Shown: positions 28,778-38,792 of the stretch, piece after piece | How the letters are laid out: each line of letters starts with the position of its first letter | How positions within the stretch are numbered: the first letter of the stretch is position 1 | NCBI GenBank assembly: GCA_963668315.1 | Contig: OY764216.1 | Location: 96,001-160,000 of the forward strand | Length of the DNA stretch: 64,000 nt | From: Spirochaetia bacterium | GTDB taxonomy: Bacteria > Spirochaetota > Spirochaetia > DSM-2461 | Direction of reading: 5' to 3' | Program-made: the position numbers and the translations under genes | The notes under the pieces: model-generated | What the model saw: the letters and a program-made list of their open reading frames with translations, nothing else | Told to the model about the DNA's origin: nothing | The model's database searches: none

Positions 28778-29458
28778 ATGATCGGGAAAGGTATTAAAGA
28801 CGGAATCCCCGTAATGGTCGGGTACTTTACCACGGCCGTGGCCTTCGGGCTCCTGGGAAGAAATACGGGCCTCATGTTCATGGAGACTCTGGCCGTTTCC
28901 CTGATCGTTTTCGCCGGAGCCTCCCAGTTCATCTTCCTCTCCCTCCTCGCGGCAGGGGCGGGCAGCGCCGAAATCATTATCACCACCTTTCTGGTCAATC
29001 TCAGGCATATGCTCATGAGTTCCTCACTGGCGGTCAAACTGGAAAAGAAAACTCTTCTCCTCCCCTTCGCCGCTTTCGGCGTGACCGATGAAACCTTTGC
29101 CGTGGCCTCTTTCGGATCGGACAGAGTCACGGAAAAATATATGCTGGCCCTGAATACGACCTCCTATCTGGGATGGGTCGGCGGAACGGCGGCGGGCTTT
29201 CTGGCGGGGAATATGCTGCCGGAAAAACTTCAGAATATCATGGGGCTTCTGCTTTATCTGCTCTTTGTGGCGATTCTGACTCCGGAGGTGAAAAAACGCT
29301 TCTCCCTCCTCCCGGTCATTCTCATTTCGGGAGGAGTCAACTGGTTCCTTTCGGCGGCCGGCTGGATGAGTTCGGGATGGAACATGATCGCGGCGATCAT
29401 CACCGGCTGTACGGCGGGTTTTCTTTTGGAAAGCCGGATGGAAAGGAGCGGCCGGTGA
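28778..29458 (+). CDS. azlC: AzlC family branched-chain amino acid exporter permease
   Basis: VFAGASQF, VNLRHMLMS, GVTDETFAV. Confidence 0.9.
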   Translation: MIGKGIKDGIPVMVGYFTTAVAFGLLGRNTGLMFMETLAVSLIVFAGASQFIFLSLLAAGAGSAEIIITTFLVNLRHMLMSSSLAVKLEKKTLLLPFAAFGVTDETFAVASFGSDRVTEKYMLALNTTSYLGWVGGTAAGFLAGNMLPEKLQNIMGLLLYLLFVAILTPEVKKRFSLLPVILISGGVNWFLSAAGWMSSGWNMIAAIITGCTAGFLLESRMERSGR

Positions 29459-29754
29459 ATCACTACCTTCTCCTCCTGGCCATGATGGCCGTCACCTACC
29501 TGCCCCGTCTTTTTCCCTTTCTCGCCCTGGATGAAGAGAAGATCCCCCCCGGAATCAAGCGCTGGCTGGGCTGGCTTCCCTACGCCGCCCTGGGGGCCCT
29601 GATCATTCCCGGCGGACTGACTGCCGTGGAAGGGGCCTGGTGGGTATCGCCCCTGGGACTGATTCTGGCAGCGGCCATCTCCTGGTTCTACAATAACATG
29701 ATCGTCACCGTGCTCTGTACGCTGGCGATTCTCTATTTTCTGCCTATTTCCTGA
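29455..29754 (+). CDS. azlD: AzlD family membrane protein
   Basis: MAVTYLPRLFP...LPYAALGALIIP; GTGA start/stop overlap with azlC. Confidence 0.85.
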   Translation: MNHYLLLLAMMAVTYLPRLFPFLALDEEKIPPGIKRWLGWLPYAALGALIIPGGLTAVEGAWWVSPLGLILAAAISWFYNNMIVTVLCTLAILYFLPIS

Positions 29755-30572
29755 AAAAAACTCTCTATGGAACCGGCCCTGTCCAAAATCACATGGGCCC
29801 GGTCTGGAAGCACCTCAATCCTGACACCGCCCTTCGTTCGGGGAATCCTCTCGGCCGAAACGATGGTGTCCAGAAGGGGATCTTCCTCACCGCCGGCATA
29901 GTAGACGGGAAGGGTCAGCCCGGCCAGTTCCTCATCGGAATAGAGGGCCAGCGGTTCTGTCAGCGGTTTGAAATGACGGCTTACCAGGAACCCGAACTCC
30001 GCCTCATCCGCTCCTATGGGAACGGAGCCGTAAATCAGCCGGTTAATTCTTAAAGCCCCCCGCTCACCCAGCATCATCAGGGGCAGAATCCGGAGGAAGA
30101 ACGAGAGCCTTGGATTGGCAAGCCCAGAGGTAGCGATCAGGGCGAGTCCCCTGACCTTATCCTGATAGGCGAGGGTGTAGCCTATACTGATCCACCCTCC
30201 CAGGGACATGCCGCAAAGATAAAACTCCTCCAGTTCCAGAGACTCTGTCAGCTCATCCAGCCACTCCGTCAATTCAGCAACCCGGGGTCTTTCCTCGCAG
30301 CTCAATCCGGGCTGCCCGGGAATATCGGGAACGATCAGCCGATAGGACTCCTGCCATTCCGCCATGTAACCGGCCCAGGAGAGACTGTTCGATGAGGCAC
30401 CGTGAAGCAGAACCATAACCGGTTTGCCTTTGTCACCGCTCAGCAGGCAGTGAGTCCTCCCGAACCTCTGAGATTCGACATAACGGGTTTCGACCGGATA
30501 GGGTAATTCCGCAAGAAGGCTCTGCACCTTGGTCTGAATATCCTCCCTGCCCTTCTGACTTTTGAATACCAT
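29733..30572 (-). CDS. Alpha/beta-fold hydrolase
   Basis: LLHG, DIPGQPGLS, GMSLGG nucleophile elbow, GEED, AH. Confidence 0.9.
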   Translation of the reverse strand: MVFKSQKGREDIQTKVQSLLAELPYPVETRYVESQRFGRTHCLLSGDKGKPVMVLLHGASSNSLSWAGYMAEWQESYRLIVPDIPGQPGLSCEERPRVAELTEWLDELTESLELEEFYLCGMSLGGWISIGYTLAYQDKVRGLALIATSGLANPRLSFFLRILPLMMLGERGALRINRLIYGSVPIGADEAEFGFLVSRHFKPLTEPLALYSDEELAGLTLPVYYAGGEEDPLLDTIVSAERIPRTKGGVRIEVLPDRAHVILDRAGSIESFFQEIGRK

Positions 30573-30584
30573 AGTCCTGCTCCT

Positions 30585-31025
30585 TTACTCTTTCTGTTCC
30601 ATAATAATCTGGAAAAATTTCATGATTTCCCCGATAAACAGGGGCGAGCCGTAGAGAACGAATCGCGCCTTACCCTCGTCCGGATGGTAGATAAAGTCGA
30701 ACCGGCACTCTCCCCAGGCGGGATCCTTCGCATTAAGCATCGCCATAAGGCTGTTGGAGAAACGGGACGCCTCGCCCGACCGGCTCTCATAGAACTCGAC
30801 GACCGTAGATACGGCGATACGCTTCTCCCGCTCCCCCCCATCCTCCGGAGCATTTTCGGCAAGCTCCCCGTGGGCGTACTCTTTCAGCTCATCGAGGGAG
30901 ATCATCCAGGACCGTCCGATTTTTCTCCCACCGATTTTTCCTTCCCGGAGAAAGCGCCGTACCGTCTTTTCATGGAGGTTGAGGATCTCCCCGACTTCCT
31001 CCACGGTATAAAATTCCTTCTTCAT
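30585..31025 (-). CDS. Excisionase-like (HTH_17) DNA-binding regulator
   Basis: FYTVEEVGEILNLHEKTVRRFLREGKIGGRKIGRSWMI plus a C-terminal domain. Confidence 0.85.
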   Translation of the reverse strand: MKKEFYTVEEVGEILNLHEKTVRRFLREGKIGGRKIGRSWMISLDELKEYAHGELAENAPEDGGEREKRIAVSTVVEFYESRSGEASRFSNSLMAMLNAKDPAWGECRFDFIYHPDEGKARFVLYGSPLFIGEIMKFFQIIMEQKE

Positions 31026-31112
31026 CCTTTATTGTTCCTTATTGTTCCCTTTTGTTAAACTTTTATATGTTATTAATGACATTATAAGGATTATAAGTCA
31101 AGTAAATTCCAT

Positions 31113-31142
31113 AAAAAAACCCCCGGAAAGATTTCCCGGGGG
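31113..31142 (-). terminator. Terminator of the mannosidase operon
   Basis: CCCCCGG / CCGGGGG stem with A7 on the plus strand (U tract on minus). Confidence 0.8.
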
Positions 31143-31183
31143 CAGAACCTGACGGCTTACTCTAAGATGGCCGGCTGAAGATG

Positions 31184-34100
31184 TTAGAGACAAAACTCCA
31201 GAGTCTTGATTTCATAGGGCTTGAAATTAAGACCGACGGCATCCCGGGACAACTCGCCGAGAGGCCGTTCCAGCAGATTGACTTCCCGCCATCCCTTATG
31301 GTCTCTTCCCAGGGTCAGATTAACAGCACTTTCCATGCCGGCATATTCGTGGAGCCTGAGGATGAGGGAATCTCCCTTTTCTGAAAGCTTCAGGCTGTCC
31401 ACAACCACATTATCCCTGTCCAGGGTGACGAAGGGCTTTCGTTCAGCGGCTTTTCCCCGGACGACCAGAGAGGGGTTATTCAGCTGCAGGGCTTCCAGCT
31501 CGACCCGTGCTTCATAAAAATCCCCTCCATGGGGAAGGATGGCATAGGTGAAGCTGTGAGAGCCCCTGTCCGCTTCGCTGTCCGGAACGGAGGCGGATTT
31601 GAGCAGGGACAATCCCATAATGCCCTCTTTCACGTTATAGCCGTACTTGCAGTCATTCATAAGTGCCAGGCCCTTGCCTCTCCGGGAGAGGTCGGCCCAT
31701 TTCTGAGCGGGAACCTCAAACTGGGCGAAATCCCAGGAGGTATTCCTGTGGGTGGTTCTCTCAATATTACCGAACTGAATATCGAAGGTGGCCCGGGGGC
31801 TGTTGATCTCCGTTTCGAAAAGCGTCTTAAGGAGGGTGTTTCTTTCCTGCCACTCCACTTCGGTCTTAAAATCGATTCTGTCCGTGTGCCCGTAAAAAGT
31901 CACATCCTGAACAATCTTCGATTCATTCCTTTCCCATACGAACCGGATGACCGTAAGCAGTTCTCCCTCTTCGATGAGTTCAGCCGACTGAAATTTTCCC
32001 AGGGGTTCGGCCTTTTCTCCGTAGTAGGGTTCCAGCTCCCAGGCGTCGAACTGCCGGGGACGGTCCTCATAGGTCATCAGCTTGTTGAAGGCCTTCCCCT
32101 CGGGAATTCTCTCCTCTCCTTCCGACTTGCCTACCAGAGAGACGATGTTTCCCTTTTCATTCCACTTCACCCGGTAACGTCCGGTCTCAAGGCCGAGATC
32201 GGTGAAACCGGAGCCCTTCGCGGCAGGAGCACATTCACCGGGGACAAATTCCAACCGGGCGAAGGAGAAGGGCATCAGGGAGACCTTCAGGAAATACCCC
32301 GATTGTCCAAGGGACTTCTGGCAGGGAACAGCCTTTCCCTCTCCATCAATATAATGACCGTCCCTGCTCTCTTCCACGAAGACGATCTCTTCCACGGCAA
32401 AGGACTGTGTATTGAATACGGAGACACCCTGTTCATCGGAGATCAGAGCGGCCAGGGTCTTCTCCTGTTCAGCCTTGAGAGTCTCCCCTATGCGGGCGTA
32501 GGTGGCCTCGGCCTCTTTATATACCGGCGTAATGGAGGAACCGGGAAGAATATCGTGGAACTGACGGGCCAGAAGCTCTTTCCACAGCCCTTCATAGGTA
32601 TCTGCGGGATAGGCGGACGTATCGCCGAGAAGAGAAAGAAGTTCGCTGTTCCTGAGCATATATTCCAGCTTGCGGTTGGCTCTCTTCGTCCTGGACTGGG
32701 AGGTATAGGTTCCCCTGTGGAACTCCAGATAGAGTTCGCCCACCCAGCGGTTCAGTTCCTTCTCGTTCTCATTATCTTTGAGCTTTCGGAAAAACTCCCC
32801 GGCGAATCCGGTTTTCACCCGGGGATTGGACGGGATGGTATCAAGCTTTTCCACCATCTCCAGCATATTCCGGGTGACACCGCCGCCTCCGTCTCCGTAA
32901 CCGTAACTGAGCAGGACCTCATTGCTGAACCCCTTGTTCCGGTAGCTTTTCCAGATTCCGTTGACCGAGTTGGCGTTGATCATGCCGTTGTAGGTGTAAA
33001 AATCAAGGCTTCCCAGATCCTCGTTATCCTCCGTGGAGGGGGTATTAACAAAGTGGGTGAGAATTTCCGTGCCGTCTATACCCTTCCAGTTGAAAGTATC
33101 GTTGGGGATATGGTTATACTGATTCCAGCTGATCTTCGTTGTCATAAAGTAGTTCACGTCGGCCAGCTTGAGAATCTGGGGCAGGGACGCGGTATAACCG
33201 AAAACGTCGGGGAGCCACAGGATTTCACTTTCCCTGTCGAATTCCTCCCGGATAAACTTCTTGCCGTAGAGAAGCTGCCTCACAAGAGACTCTCCTCCGG
33301 TAAGCAGACAATCGGCCTCAACCCACATGGCCCCTTCCGCTTCCCATCTGTTCTGGGCGATTTTTTCTCCGATCTGACGGAAAAGTTCGGGATCATCCTC
33401 TTTCACCCAGGCGTAGAGCTGGGGCTGGGATTGAAAGAAGACATAATGGGGATATCTCTCCATCAGCCTCAGTACGGTAGAGAAAGAGCGCTGGGCCTTC
33501 TCTCTGGTATGCTTCAGGGTCCAGAGCCAGGCCAGGTCAATATGGGTATGTCCCACGCAGCGGACGATATCGGGGTTTTCCTCCCGGATTTTTGCCAGTT
33601 CCTCAGAAAGAATCCGTGACGCCGCTTCGGCTTCTGCATGGTCAATGACGGAAGAAGAAAGGGAGACACGATTATAGGTGTCGTTGAGGAGATCCAGCAG
33701 CCTGACGCGGGTGGAACTCTGCTTATCCAGCTGCCGGGCCGTCTGAAGCAGGGCCTTCACCAAATAGAAAAGGCCGTCCACCGCTTCGTCCAGTATGGCG
33801 AATTCACAGCGTTTGATTTCATGAACCAGATTGATATCCTGCTCATTGCCGCCTCCGTCCAGTCCGGCCCACATCATAAATTTAAGCTCGAAACTGTCCG
33901 TATCCGCAGGAAGAAGTACTTCCTGATGGTTCAAGTCGACTCCCTGGTACTTTTTTCCGTTCAGATAGCAGAGGGCTTCAAAGCCGCTGTTGCCTCCCAG
34001 ACCGGTCATTCCAAAGTCAAAGAGACCGGCAACGGAAGAACCGCGGAAATTATCGGGAAGGGAGACACTCATTTTCAGCCAGCCGTACTGGTCGTATCCG

Positions 34101-34267
34101 CCCCAGTGGAACCCTCTTTCCACCGGTACATAACCGGCTTCATTCTCTTCCCGTCCTTCGCTGAACAGCAGGGAAAAATCGCGGAAAACATTATAATAAC
34201 GGGCTTTATCCAGAATTTTAAGAAATTTATTGCCCTTGTCTATTGTAAAATTAAGATCATGATTCAT
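31184..34267 (-). CDS. Alpha-mannosidase, GH38
   Basis: GHTHIDLAWLW, WLPDVFGY, GYGDGGGG, GELYLEFHRGTYTSQ, QFHDILPGSSI. Confidence 0.95.
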   Translation of the reverse strand: MNHDLNFTIDKGNKFLKILDKARYYNVFRDFSLLFSEGREENEAGYVPVERGFHWGGYDQYGWLKMSVSLPDNFRGSSVAGLFDFGMTGLGGNSGFEALCYLNGKKYQGVDLNHQEVLLPADTDSFELKFMMWAGLDGGGNEQDINLVHEIKRCEFAILDEAVDGLFYLVKALLQTARQLDKQSSTRVRLLDLLNDTYNRVSLSSSVIDHAEAEAASRILSEELAKIREENPDIVRCVGHTHIDLAWLWTLKHTREKAQRSFSTVLRLMERYPHYVFFQSQPQLYAWVKEDDPELFRQIGEKIAQNRWEAEGAMWVEADCLLTGGESLVRQLLYGKKFIREEFDRESEILWLPDVFGYTASLPQILKLADVNYFMTTKISWNQYNHIPNDTFNWKGIDGTEILTHFVNTPSTEDNEDLGSLDFYTYNGMINANSVNGIWKSYRNKGFSNEVLLSYGYGDGGGGVTRNMLEMVEKLDTIPSNPRVKTGFAGEFFRKLKDNENEKELNRWVGELYLEFHRGTYTSQSRTKRANRKLEYMLRNSELLSLLGDTSAYPADTYEGLWKELLARQFHDILPGSSITPVYKEAEATYARIGETLKAEQEKTLAALISDEQGVSVFNTQSFAVEEIVFVEESRDGHYIDGEGKAVPCQKSLGQSGYFLKVSLMPFSFARLEFVPGECAPAAKGSGFTDLGLETGRYRVKWNEKGNIVSLVGKSEGEERIPEGKAFNKLMTYEDRPRQFDAWELEPYYGEKAEPLGKFQSAELIEEGELLTVIRFVWERNESKIVQDVTFYGHTDRIDFKTEVEWQERNTLLKTLFETEINSPRATFDIQFGNIERTTHRNTSWDFAQFEVPAQKWADLSRRGKGLALMNDCKYGYNVKEGIMGLSLLKSASVPDSEADRGSHSFTYAILPHGGDFYEARVELEALQLNNPSLVVRGKAAERKPFVTLDRDNVVVDSLKLSEKGDSLILRLHEYAGMESAVNLTLGRDHKGWREVNLLERPLGELSRDAVGLNFKPYEIKTLEFCL

Positions 34268-34312
34268 TTTGTTACCTTAGTTTCTTTAGTATTGCTTGTG
34301 CTATGCGGCGGC

Positions 34313-35161
34313 TTACTTGATGGCCCCGCCCAGGGTAAAGCCGTTGGACATAAATCTCTGCGAAAGAATATACAGTCCCGCAATAGGAAGGGTATAAAGC
34401 AGAGAGAAGGCCGCGAGCTGCCCGAACTGTACCGATCCGTAGGCACCGAAAAACTGATAAATGGCTACGGAGGCGGGCATCTTCTCCACCGAACTGATCA
34501 GGATAAAGGGAACGAAAAAGTTACCCCAGCTTCCCGAAAAGGTGAAGATGAACACGACCATGATACCGGGGAGAATAGAGGGCAGAATGATCCTCCACAG
34601 AGTCTGCAGGGTACTGGCTCCGTCGATCCAGGCGGCTTCCTCCAGGGTACGCGGCACATCATCCAGAAAGTTCTTCATCATCCAGATACTGTAGGGCAGC
34701 GACGTGGCCACAAGGAACAGGGTGGTGGAGAACAGGGAGTTGATGATCTTCAGCTGGAAAAACACCATATAGACGGGTACCATAATAGCCGTGATGGGCA
34801 GTCCGGTAAGAAAAAGCAGACTGTACATGAGTGTCCCCTTCCCTTTCATGGGGAACCGGGACAGAGGATAGGCGGCCAGCAGGGAAAGCACGACAACCAT
34901 AACCGACTGCAGAGAGGAAATGATGAAGCTGTTCACAAAGGAGCGGTAGTTCGATCCCTTGGTCAGAACGGAGCTGAAATTCTCCAGCGTGAAATTCTCG
35001 GGGATCCTCACGGAGAGGGGGGCCTTGGCATCCAGGGAGGCGAAGATGAGCCACAGCATGGGCCACAGGAAGAGGAACGCCACGAACAGGAGAGCGATTT
35101 TCTGTCCCGATTTGCTGAAATATTTTCTTATTGAAAGGGCGATTGTATTCGTATTATTCAA
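34313..35161 (-). CDS. Carbohydrate ABC transporter permease
   Basis: EEAAWIDGAS EAA motif; TM pattern. Confidence 0.93.
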   Translation of the reverse strand: MNNTNTIALSIRKYFSKSGQKIALLFVAFLFLWPMLWLIFASLDAKAPLSVRIPENFTLENFSSVLTKGSNYRSFVNSFIISSLQSVMVVVLSLLAAYPLSRFPMKGKGTLMYSLLFLTGLPITAIMVPVYMVFFQLKIINSLFSTTLFLVATSLPYSIWMMKNFLDDVPRTLEEAAWIDGASTLQTLWRIILPSILPGIMVVFIFTFSGSWGNFFVPFILISSVEKMPASVAIYQFFGAYGSVQFGQLAAFSLLYTLPIAGLYILSQRFMSNGFTLGGAIK

Positions 35162-35172
35162 CGGTATGTCTC

Positions 35173-36048
35173 CTATAATTCCTGTTTGAAGCTCTTCATA
35201 TAGAAAGCGCTGAGAAGTATTCCGAACAGGAGAAGCACGATGGCCATGGCTGTTCCGTAACCGAGCTGATAGGACACGAAGGATTTCTGATACATATAGA
35301 TGGGTATGGTCGTCGTATCATAGCCGGGTCCGCCTCCGGTCAGGGCATAGATGAGACCGAACAGACCGAGCGTCTGAAGGGTGACCAGTATCGTATTGGT
35401 GGCTATCGTCCCCTTGATGATGGGGAGAGTTATCCTTATCAGTTTCTGCCAGCTGTTGGCACCATCTATTTTGGCCGCCTCGATGACGCTGTCCGAGACA
35501 TTGGAAAGGGCCGACTGATACATGAGCATGGAGAAAGCCGTACCGCGCCAGATGTTGGCCAGAATAACGGCGAGCATGGCATAGTCAAAGAGCCAGGCGA
35601 TGGGAGGAATCCCCAGTGTCCCGAGAACGCCGTTCAGAGAACCGGTCGTATTGAAAAAAGCAAAGAAGACAAAGGCGACGACCACCTCGGGAGTGACCCA
35701 GCCCAGAAGGACGCATGTTCCCACAACTCGTTGAAATCCCTTGCTCTGATGCTGCATGAATTTGGCAATAAAAAAGCCCAGGACCTGCTGCCCGACGACA
35801 GCGGAACATATGAGAAAAAGAATAGTATTGACCAGCGATTCCAGAAAGCGGTCATCGGAAAACATTTTTATATAATTTTTTAAACCGACAAAGCTGTAAT
35901 TATTCGACTTGATCCCCACCAAGGCCTTATCCGTAAACGAATATACGAATGCCATTATTGCAGGAGCAAAGTAAAACAGGGCGATAAGCACCAAAGCCGG
36001 GGCCAGAAAACCCATAATCTTCAATCTTTGTCTACCGATATTGCTCAA
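35173..36048 (-). CDS. Carbohydrate ABC transporter permease
   Basis: FVGLKNY, IEAAKIDGAN, LTGGGP. Confidence 0.93.
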   Translation of the reverse strand: MSNIGRQRLKIMGFLAPALVLIALFYFAPAIMAFVYSFTDKALVGIKSNNYSFVGLKNYIKMFSDDRFLESLVNTILFLICSAVVGQQVLGFFIAKFMQHQSKGFQRVVGTCVLLGWVTPEVVVAFVFFAFFNTTGSLNGVLGTLGIPPIAWLFDYAMLAVILANIWRGTAFSMLMYQSALSNVSDSVIEAAKIDGANSWQKLIRITLPIIKGTIATNTILVTLQTLGLFGLIYALTGGGPGYDTTTIPIYMYQKSFVSYQLGYGTAMAIVLLLFGILLSAFYMKSFKQEL

Positions 36049-36104
36049 AATTGGAGCCCTCCCCTCTTAACAGGGGGCATCCTTCCGGATACCCCCAAAA
36101 CAAT

Positions 36105-37412
36105 TTATTTTTCTATCCAGTTGCCGTCACCGGCAAGGTCTTTAATATTTTCCGCGTATGCTTCAGCCGCTTCTGCCGCTGTCATCTGACCGGTGATTAC
36201 CGCTTCTACTGCGGCCTGTATTTCGATGGAAACACTGGGGTAAAGCTCATTACCCGGTCTGAAGTGGGTAAACTCGGCATAGGGAGTCATATCGGCACGG
36301 AACTTACCGCCCTCGATATAGGAAGGCTCGGAAGCGACGTCACGTCTCGTGGCCATGTCTCCGGAAATGCTGACAAAGTTCAGAATGTTCTGCTTGTTAC
36401 AGGCGACCTTGAGGAATTCCATGGCCAGGTCCTTATGCTTGGAAAGGGCGGGAATAGCCAGGGTCCAGCCGCCGCTCATGGAGGTGAAACCGTTGCCTTC
36501 GGCCTTGGGCATGGGGGAGACGGAAATCACGTCTTCATAACCCATGAAGTCACCGTTCTTCCAGTTACCATCCAGGAGGATACCGACTTCTTCGCCCTTG
36601 GGCATTTTCTCGGCAAGAACCTGCCAGCTCTGAGCATCAAGCATGGTAGCCAGCTCGTTGTTGTCGTAGATGCCCTTATCATGGAGAGCCTGGATGAACT
36701 CCAGAGATTTGGTGATTCCGGGGGCAGCGGCGACCCATTTGTCTCCGTCGATGATCCAGTCATCCGTACCGGAGATGAGCATTTCGAAGGTCTGCATGGT
36801 GGTGCCCTCACCCTGAGCTTTGGAACCGTTCAGCCACATGGGATAAGCGACGCCGGCAGCGTTGAGCTTATCAACGGCATCAAGGATATCATCCCAGCTT
36901 TTGGGTTCGAAAGGAACGGGAAGACCGACTCTTTCGAATACGGGGATGCTGTAAAAAAGGCCGCGTGTATCGGTGGAGAATGAGAGCGCGTAGGTGGCTC
37001 CGTTCATGATCATTCCCTCTCTGACGTTCGTGGCGAACTGCTCGCTGTAGTCGGACCACTCATCGACGGGAAGGGGGGAAAGATATCCGGGTCCTACCAG
37101 AGCGGGAACGAGAAAGCTGTCAACGTGCATAACGTCGATAGAGTCATCGGACTGAAGCATAAGAGCCGATTTGGTATTATAGTCGGCCTCATTACTCAGA
37201 TTGGCGGATAATTCTACGGTAATACCGGGATTAAGAGCTTCGAACTCTTCCTTGGCGGCGGTCATCCATTTAGTCATAGCCTCGTTTCCACCGGGCTCTT
37301 TGTAATTAACCTTGATTACGTTGGCATTGCTGCCCTTATCTGACGATCCATTAGCGAAAACAAAGGCGGCGCATGCTGCGAGCAGCAATACTACGGATAT
37401 TGTTTTTTTCAT
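36105..37412 (-). CDS. Sugar ABC transporter substrate-binding protein
   Basis: Signal peptide ending FA-NG, DTRGLFY, PKSWDDI, SGGWTLAI. Confidence 0.92.
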   Translation of the reverse strand: MKKTISVVLLLAACAAFVFANGSSDKGSNANVIKVNYKEPGGNEAMTKWMTAAKEEFEALNPGITVELSANLSNEADYNTKSALMLQSDDSIDVMHVDSFLVPALVGPGYLSPLPVDEWSDYSEQFATNVREGMIMNGATYALSFSTDTRGLFYSIPVFERVGLPVPFEPKSWDDILDAVDKLNAAGVAYPMWLNGSKAQGEGTTMQTFEMLISGTDDWIIDGDKWVAAAPGITKSLEFIQALHDKGIYDNNELATMLDAQSWQVLAEKMPKGEEVGILLDGNWKNGDFMGYEDVISVSPMPKAEGNGFTSMSGGWTLAIPALSKHKDLAMEFLKVACNKQNILNFVSISGDMATRRDVASEPSYIEGGKFRADMTPYAEFTHFRPGNELYPSVSIEIQAAVEAVITGQMTAAEAAEAYAENIKDLAGDGNWIEK

Positions 37413-37494
37413 AACTACTCCTTGATGTTTTTTTGTATTGTGAGATTAAAGCCACATTGTTCTATTGTCAATTTAAAAAATACATTTTTTGTAT

Positions 37495-37507
37495 TTGTAT
37501 GATACAT
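37495..37507. promoter_or_regulatory. Putative GntR/AraR-type operator upstream of the binding-protein gene
   Basis: TTGTATGATACAT (TGTA-N3-TACA). Confidence 0.55.
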
Positions 37508-38659
37508 TTAAAAATTTCGTTTGATTTCTCTTGTGGTGTCACCCTCTACCAGCTCGACGGGAAGAACGATTCTCTGGATTTCCGATTCTCCCTCTATCAT
37601 ATCCCACAGTTTTTCCATGGCCAGCACGCCCATCCTGTACTCGTTCTGCCTCACATGGGTAAAATCATGGCGGCCCAGATAATCGGAAGGGCTGTCAAAA
37701 CAGAGGATGGAAATATCTTCGGGAATTTTGATATTCAGCTCTTTCAGGACGACCGACGCCAGCAGAGCCAGGTGGTATTCACAGGCGAATATCGCCGTCA
37801 CATGGCGATGAGCCCGCAGGCAGTCCCGCAGGATCTTCTTATCCTGCTCAATTCTCTCCGCCGTCTGCTGTCCCGGCATGGTGCTCAGGAACTCGGTGAG
37901 AATATGGGATTCGGGAAGAGAGAGACCGTAGGTGACAAAAGCCTTCCGGGCTCCTTCCAGCCGGTCTTCCAGAGCGGAAGTAAAGCGAATGGGCGGAGAG
38001 AGATAAAGGATGTCCCGATGCCCCCGGTTCAGAAAATAGGAGAGGGCCAAATGGGAGGCCTTCTCATTATCCGTACCGACATAGGAGCACTTTAGGCCCT
38101 TAAGTTCAAGGTCCACAAGGACAAAGGGGAATTTTTTCAGGGCCAGTTCCATTATCACCGGATTGTAATACTCCCCGTGCTGGGGCTGAATAATCAGCCC
38201 CGAAGCCCCCAGGGTAAGAAGATCCCGGATGGCTTTCTTCTCAAGCTCCTGATTGCCCTTTGTCAGTTTCATCACCAGGTAATACCCGCGGGCCTCCGCT
38301 TCCTTCTCAATACCTTCCAGGATTTTCATGCCGTAGCTTGATGAGATATCGGGCAGGATGAAACCGATAAATTTCTGCCCTATGTTAACCTTGCTGTATA
38401 TATTCTGATTCAGTGAAAGGTCTTCACTTCCCGGCGCCGACTCATGCCGAAGGGTGACAACCGTTCCTCTTCCCGGCTTCCGGGAGAGATACCCCTCGGA
38501 GACAAGCATTTCCAAAGCCTTTCTCACCGTAACTCGGCTTACCTCGAACTGCTTCGTCATTTCCATCTCGGTTGCGACGGGATCTCCGTCCTTCAAAACA
38601 CCATTGTTGATGAGCCCGAGAAAATGTCTGTAGATTTTGAGATACTGCGGATCTTTCAT
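37508..38659 (-). CDS. GntR-LacI hybrid (AraR-like) transcriptional regulator
   Basis: GntR wHTH (TEMEMTKQFEVSRVTVRKAL...RKPGRGT) plus periplasmic-binding-like domain; start reassigned to MKDPQY. Confidence 0.9.
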   Translation of the reverse strand: MKDPQYLKIYRHFLGLINNGVLKDGDPVATEMEMTKQFEVSRVTVRKALEMLVSEGYLSRKPGRGTVVTLRHESAPGSEDLSLNQNIYSKVNIGQKFIGFILPDISSSYGMKILEGIEKEAEARGYYLVMKLTKGNQELEKKAIRDLLTLGASGLIIQPQHGEYYNPVIMELALKKFPFVLVDLELKGLKCSYVGTDNEKASHLALSYFLNRGHRDILYLSPPIRFTSALEDRLEGARKAFVTYGLSLPESHILTEFLSTMPGQQTAERIEQDKKILRDCLRAHRHVTAIFACEYHLALLASVVLKELNIKIPEDISILCFDSPSDYLGRHDFTHVRQNEYRMGVLAMEKLWDMIEGESEIQRIVLPVELVEGDTTREIKRNF

Positions 38660-38677
38660 GCTAAACTCTTCATATTT

Positions 38678-38690
38678 TTGTACTATACAA
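38678..38690. promoter_or_regulatory. Putative autoregulatory operator of the GntR regulator
   Basis: TTGTA-CTA-TACAA palindrome 19 nt upstream of the start. Confidence 0.6.
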
Positions 38691-38792
38691 TAATACATAC
38701 ATAACAAAAAGCCAAGCCTAAATAAAAAAAAGAGTCCCCATAAAAGTATATCCACAGCCCGATCGCAGGGGGGAAAAGTATACGATGAAGCC

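Noticed and set aside
30585..31025. Excisionase as a sign of a prophage or ICE
   Set aside because: No integrase, att site, tRNA or phage genes nearby; it is operonic with a hydrolase.
31529..35134. Long plus-strand ORFs of 696 and 498 aa
   Set aside because: Antisense shadows of the GH38 and permease genes, explained by codon bias; no recognisable motifs.
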